Shown here: piece by piece, positions 61,135 through 64,000 of the stretch | Position numbering within the stretch: the stretch's first letter is position 1 | Layout: each line of letters opens with the position of its first letter | From: an uncultured delta proteobacterium | Lineage (GTDB): Bacteria; Myxococcota_A; Polyangia; Fen-1088 | NCBI GenBank assembly: GCA_963796685.1 | Contig: CAWCMR010000006.1 | Coordinates: forward strand, 128,001 to 192,000 | Length of the DNA stretch: 64,000 nucleotides | Reading direction: 5' to 3' | Notes under the pieces: generated by a model | What the model saw: the letters and a program-made list of their open reading frames with translations, nothing else | Told to the model about the DNA's origin: nothing | Database searches by the model: none | Position numbers and translations under genes: made by a program

Positions 61135-61527
61135 CTAATTATGTCTCTTCCTGCTCTTCTTGGATTTCGGCTTGTCCTTGCTGTTGTCAGCGCTCGCTTC
61201 CGGGGTTGCCTGGGAAGGGTTCCCCCCACCCATGTCGGGAAGTTTTGCGTGATTGCACTTGCCGGCCACGCAAGTCCATCGCTGGCCCACGGGGGGAAGT
61301 CCCACGGTATCCACACAGTCGAAGCTCTCCTCGCACTTGCCTGGGTCCAGCTTCGGGCGGCTGACCACGGGCGTGGTGACCGCTGGCTCTGGGGAGGCTT
61401 CAGGCGCGGGGCTGGAGGCCGCGACCTTCGTAGGGGCAGGGCTTGCAGCGGGCGGTTGGGCGGGCGCGGACGCGCAGGAGCACGCGAGGGCGAGGGCGAA
61501 CGGGACCGTAAGCACAGTTCGTAGCAT
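61135..61527 (-). CDS. Small lipoprotein with Pro/Ala linker, Cys motif and basic tail
   Basis: ALALAC lipobox; CEESFDC...WTCVAGKC; GGAGGTG RBS. Confidence 0.75.
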   Translation of the reverse strand: MLRTVLTVPFALALACSCASAPAQPPAASPAPTKVAASSPAPEASPEPAVTTPVVSRPKLDPGKCEESFDCVDTVGLPPVGQRWTCVAGKCNHAKLPDMGGGNPSQATPEASADNSKDKPKSKKSRKRHN

Positions 61528-61586
61528 TGGCTTCACCTCCGGGACACGAGTTGCACGAATTGGATTGAGAGCGCAGCCCTCCACCC

Positions 61587-61601
61587 GCAAGCGCCGTGCC
61601 A
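61587..61601 (-). promoter_or_regulatory. Consensus sigma54 promoter, partly duplicated in tandem (61590-61625)
   Basis: TGGCACGGCGCTTGC; second copy 19 bp upstream has lost the -12 GC. Confidence 0.7.
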
Positions 61602-61669
61602 GCCCTCGAGCGCCGTGCCAGCCCTTTCGAAGGGTTGGCCCAGGAGTTGCTGCCCTTGGCAACGCTGGT

Positions 61670-62599
61670 GTGGAGACATTTCTAAGAAAATACATGTGGG
61701 CGCTTGACGCCGCCGTCGTGGCAGCCTGCGCGGCCCTTCTCGGACTCTCGGCCTCCAGCCTGGTCAAGTCCCGCTTCAGCGGATTGACGACGGCGAGGCC
61801 ACCTGAATTTCGACTTCGAGTCCGTTCGTACGAGCCGGCCCGTGACAAGCGGCCCGATGCGATCCTTCGGCGCGACATGTTCTGCTCGACGTGTCCCCCT
61901 TTGCTCGGGGAGGGCGAGCCGGATGCCGGAGTGGGCGAGGCTGCGCTCGAGCCGCAGGCAACCACCCTGCCGCTGGAGCTGGTGGCCGTGATGTACGCGC
62001 CTTCGGCGAAGGAGCAGAAGTGGGACACCGCCGTGATTCGAGACAAAGATAGCAAGGCCATCGGGGCTTTCGCAGTCGGGGCCCAGGTCGACGGTGCGAC
62101 CCTGGTCGACATTCTCGACACGCGGGTGTACCTGGACAATGCGGGAACCACGGAGTATCTGGACCTCCTGTCACCCCCCAAGCCCGCCCCAACCGCCGCA
62201 TCCAGGCCTGCTCCGGCCCAGCGGCCCAAGGGCGACGCATTCACGCTCGAGCTCGACCGTGGCATCAAGAAAGTCGGCGAGCATAGCTACGAGTTGCAGC
62301 GAAGCACCCTGGAGTCGGTGCTGGGAAACATCGCTCTGCTGTCCAGATCGGCGCGAATCGTCCCGGAGCTTCGCGGCGGCAAGCCCTACGGTTTTCGGCT
62401 GTTCGCGGTCCGTCCCGATGGTCCCTTCGCGAAGATTGGCCTGCAGAACGGCGATACCATCATTTCCATCAACGGACTCGAAATGACCAGCCCCGAAAAG
62501 GCGCTCGAGGTCTATGGAAAGCTCAAATCGGCCAGCCACCTGGCCTTGGGTCTGGAGCGCACCGGGAAGAAGATCGCGCAGGACTACACCATTCGGTGA
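61670..62599 (+). CDS. gspC: Type II secretion protein GspC-like (PDZ)
   Basis: N-terminal TM, ARIVP...GFRLFAVRPDG..IGLQNGD..SING. Confidence 0.88.
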   Translation: METFLRKYMWALDAAVVAACAALLGLSASSLVKSRFSGLTTARPPEFRLRVRSYEPARDKRPDAILRRDMFCSTCPPLLGEGEPDAGVGEAALEPQATTLPLELVAVMYAPSAKEQKWDTAVIRDKDSKAIGAFAVGAQVDGATLVDILDTRVYLDNAGTTEYLDLLSPPKPAPTAASRPAPAQRPKGDAFTLELDRGIKKVGEHSYELQRSTLESVLGNIALLSRSARIVPELRGGKPYGFRLFAVRPDGPFAKIGLQNGDTIISINGLEMTSPEKALEVYGKLKSASHLALGLERTGKKIAQDYTIR

Positions 62600-62649
62600 G
62601 TCGTCGGTGTATTGCCCACAGTCCGCGGCCTCGTAGCGGGCCGCGAAGT

Positions 62650-62721
62650 GAGGCAGGGTGCCACGCCGGGACGGGTCGGCGAGAGCCACAAACCGTGGTT
62701 TTCGGATGGCACCGCTCGTGC
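62650..62721 (+). promoter_or_regulatory. Candidate enhancer site (62650-62664) plus sigma54 promoter (62707-62721)
   Basis: GAGGCA-GGG-TGCCAC and TGGCACCGCTCGTGC. Confidence 0.6.
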
Positions 62722-62768
62722 ATGAAGGTACCAAGGTGCAAGAAGTACAGACAGGTTCTCGCGAAGCG

Positions 62769-63176
62769 ATGTCTGTTCGCAAACATCGACTTCTTGTGGC
62801 CGAGGACGACCGAGCGCTACGAGGGATGATGGTCGAAATCCTCAGATCCGACGGACACGAGGTCATCGCCGTGACCAATGGATTCGATCTCCTCGAGATG
62901 ATCGAGGTCTCGCTGGACCGGGGTGTCGGATCGGACAAATTCGATTTGGTCATCTCGGACGTTCGCATGCCTGGCCTGTCCGGACTGCATGTCTTCACCC
63001 AAGTGGGGTATGGGCCCGATATCCCTCCGGTGGTGTTCATCACCGCATTCGGCGACCAGGAGCTGCACGACCAAGCGCACCACCTTGGCGCGCTGGCGGT
63101 GCTCGACAAGCCGTTCGACATCGACGAATTGCGCGCCTTCGTCAACGGCTACTTGGCGAGCAGGGGGCGGGGTTGA
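62769..63176 (+). CDS. Single-domain response regulator
   Basis: VAEDD, SDVRMPG, ITAFG, DKPFD. Confidence 0.92.
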   Translation: MSVRKHRLLVAEDDRALRGMMVEILRSDGHEVIAVTNGFDLLEMIEVSLDRGVGSDKFDLVISDVRMPGLSGLHVFTQVGYGPDIPPVVFITAFGDQELHDQAHHLGALAVLDKPFDIDELRAFVNGYLASRGRG

Positions 63177-63258
63177 AACCCGCCCCTACCTCTTCTGCTT
63201 GAAATCGAATTGCCTTGGCGTCGGACCGTTCCGTGCGAGTGGGCTATGGTGCGACATC

Positions 63259-63459
63259 ATGCGACGACGACTATTTCTCGTGGCGATGTTCCTGCCGGCG
63301 GCAGCATTGGCGTCGCCATCGGGCGGACACGGCGATCCCGTCGCGCCCCTGACGCTGGCGTTGGTCCTGGTTCTGGCCATGGTCATCCTGACGACGCTGC
63401 TCACGCCCTTCGCGCTCAAGGCGAGCCTGGGCCGAAAGCGGTCAGCGGCTCAGAAATAG
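63259..63459 (+). pseudogene. Probable internally deleted cation:proton antiporter (CPA2) remnant
   Basis: N-terminal ASPSGGHGDPVAPLTLALVLVLA joined directly to MVILTTLLTPFALK, which resembles the last CPA2 helix. Confidence 0.5.
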
Positions 63460-64000
63460 TAGCGCGCGCCGATGCTGCCGTCGGCGTAAATGCCGTACTT
63501 ACCGAACAGGGTGGAGTTGCTGCGCACCGTGAACTCGGGAGCAATTTCGAAGAACAGCTCGATGGGGTTTCCGCGCACGAGGACGGACATTCCCAAAGGC
63601 AAGCGGAATCCACCTTCGGTGTAGCTCAGGCTCTGCCCGGCGGCGAAGGTGTGCCCGAAGGCTCCTCCGATCCCCACATACACCGGCACGATGTACTGGC
63701 CGTCCGACGACGTCCAGGTCCCGGGCATGAACAGGAGGTCGAAGTGCACGCGCAGGTCGTTGCCATCGGCACCTTCGCCGAGCGCGCCTTGAAATGCGAC
63801 GGTCGAGGCGGCCCACAGCTTTGCCGTCACACCCGTCAACATATTGCCGACGCCCAGCCCGAGACCAAAGCGCGCCGGCGAGTTCGGCAGTCCGGAGTAG
63901 GTACGGCTTTCCGGCGGCGAGGAGGGGGCCTGCGGGGCGGGCACGGTCGCCGGGGAGCTCGCGAACCCGGAGTCCTGCGCCGTCGCCGCCGGTGAGGCGA
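63450..64000 (-). CDS. Putative outer-membrane beta-barrel protein (5' end outside window)
   Basis: Amphipathic strands FGLGLGVG, RLPLGMS, IELFFEIAP, terminal GARYYF; frame open to window edge. Confidence 0.75.
   Translation of the reverse strand, partial: ASPAATAQDSGFASSPATVPAPQAPSSPPESRTYSGLPNSPARFGLGLGVGNMLTGVTAKLWAASTVAFQGALGEGADGNDLRVHFDLLFMPGTWTSSDGQYIVPVYVGIGGAFGHTFAAGQSLSYTEGGFRLPLGMSVLVRGNPIELFFEIAPEFTVRSNSTLFGKYGIYADGSIGARYYF

Overview
GC-rich bacterial DNA, most likely Myxococcota (MYXO-CTERM tail, Cys-rich lipoproteins, many sigma54-type promoters). I saw no rRNA, tRNA or CRISPR array. Positions 1-3.5 kb are a decayed mosaic: a YefM/YoeB toxin-antitoxin pair, a diverged copy of the 3' end of the neighbouring RND gene, fragments of three unrelated genes, two IS remnants and two small secreted-protein genes. 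Positions 3.5-22 kb hold an FmdB-TolC-MFP-RND efflux operon divergent from a CDF transporter, a YfhO-like protein, a DUF134-NifX-TsaA-ferredoxin cluster, CHAD-SixA and an M16 peptidase. Positions 22-47 kb are a stress/protein-quality-control region (Usp, Pal-like, orphan PTS EI, site-2 protease, Zwf, SulP, Hsp20, NhaR-like LysR, PRC-barrel, frameshifted UPF0182, six-BON protein, hemerythrin, Prc, FtsH, Cls, YihY). A MoxR-DUF58-Bat operon, a two-component pair and scattered envelope/signalling genes follow. The best non-obvious signal is a recurring tandem palindrome, G(T/A)GGC(A/G)-N3-(T/C)GCCAC with a 17-bp period, 50-90 bp upstream of five sigma54 -24/-12 promoters at four loci; it suggests an uncharacterised enhancer-binding-protein regulon. 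All calls come from motif recognition by eye; no database searches were run.
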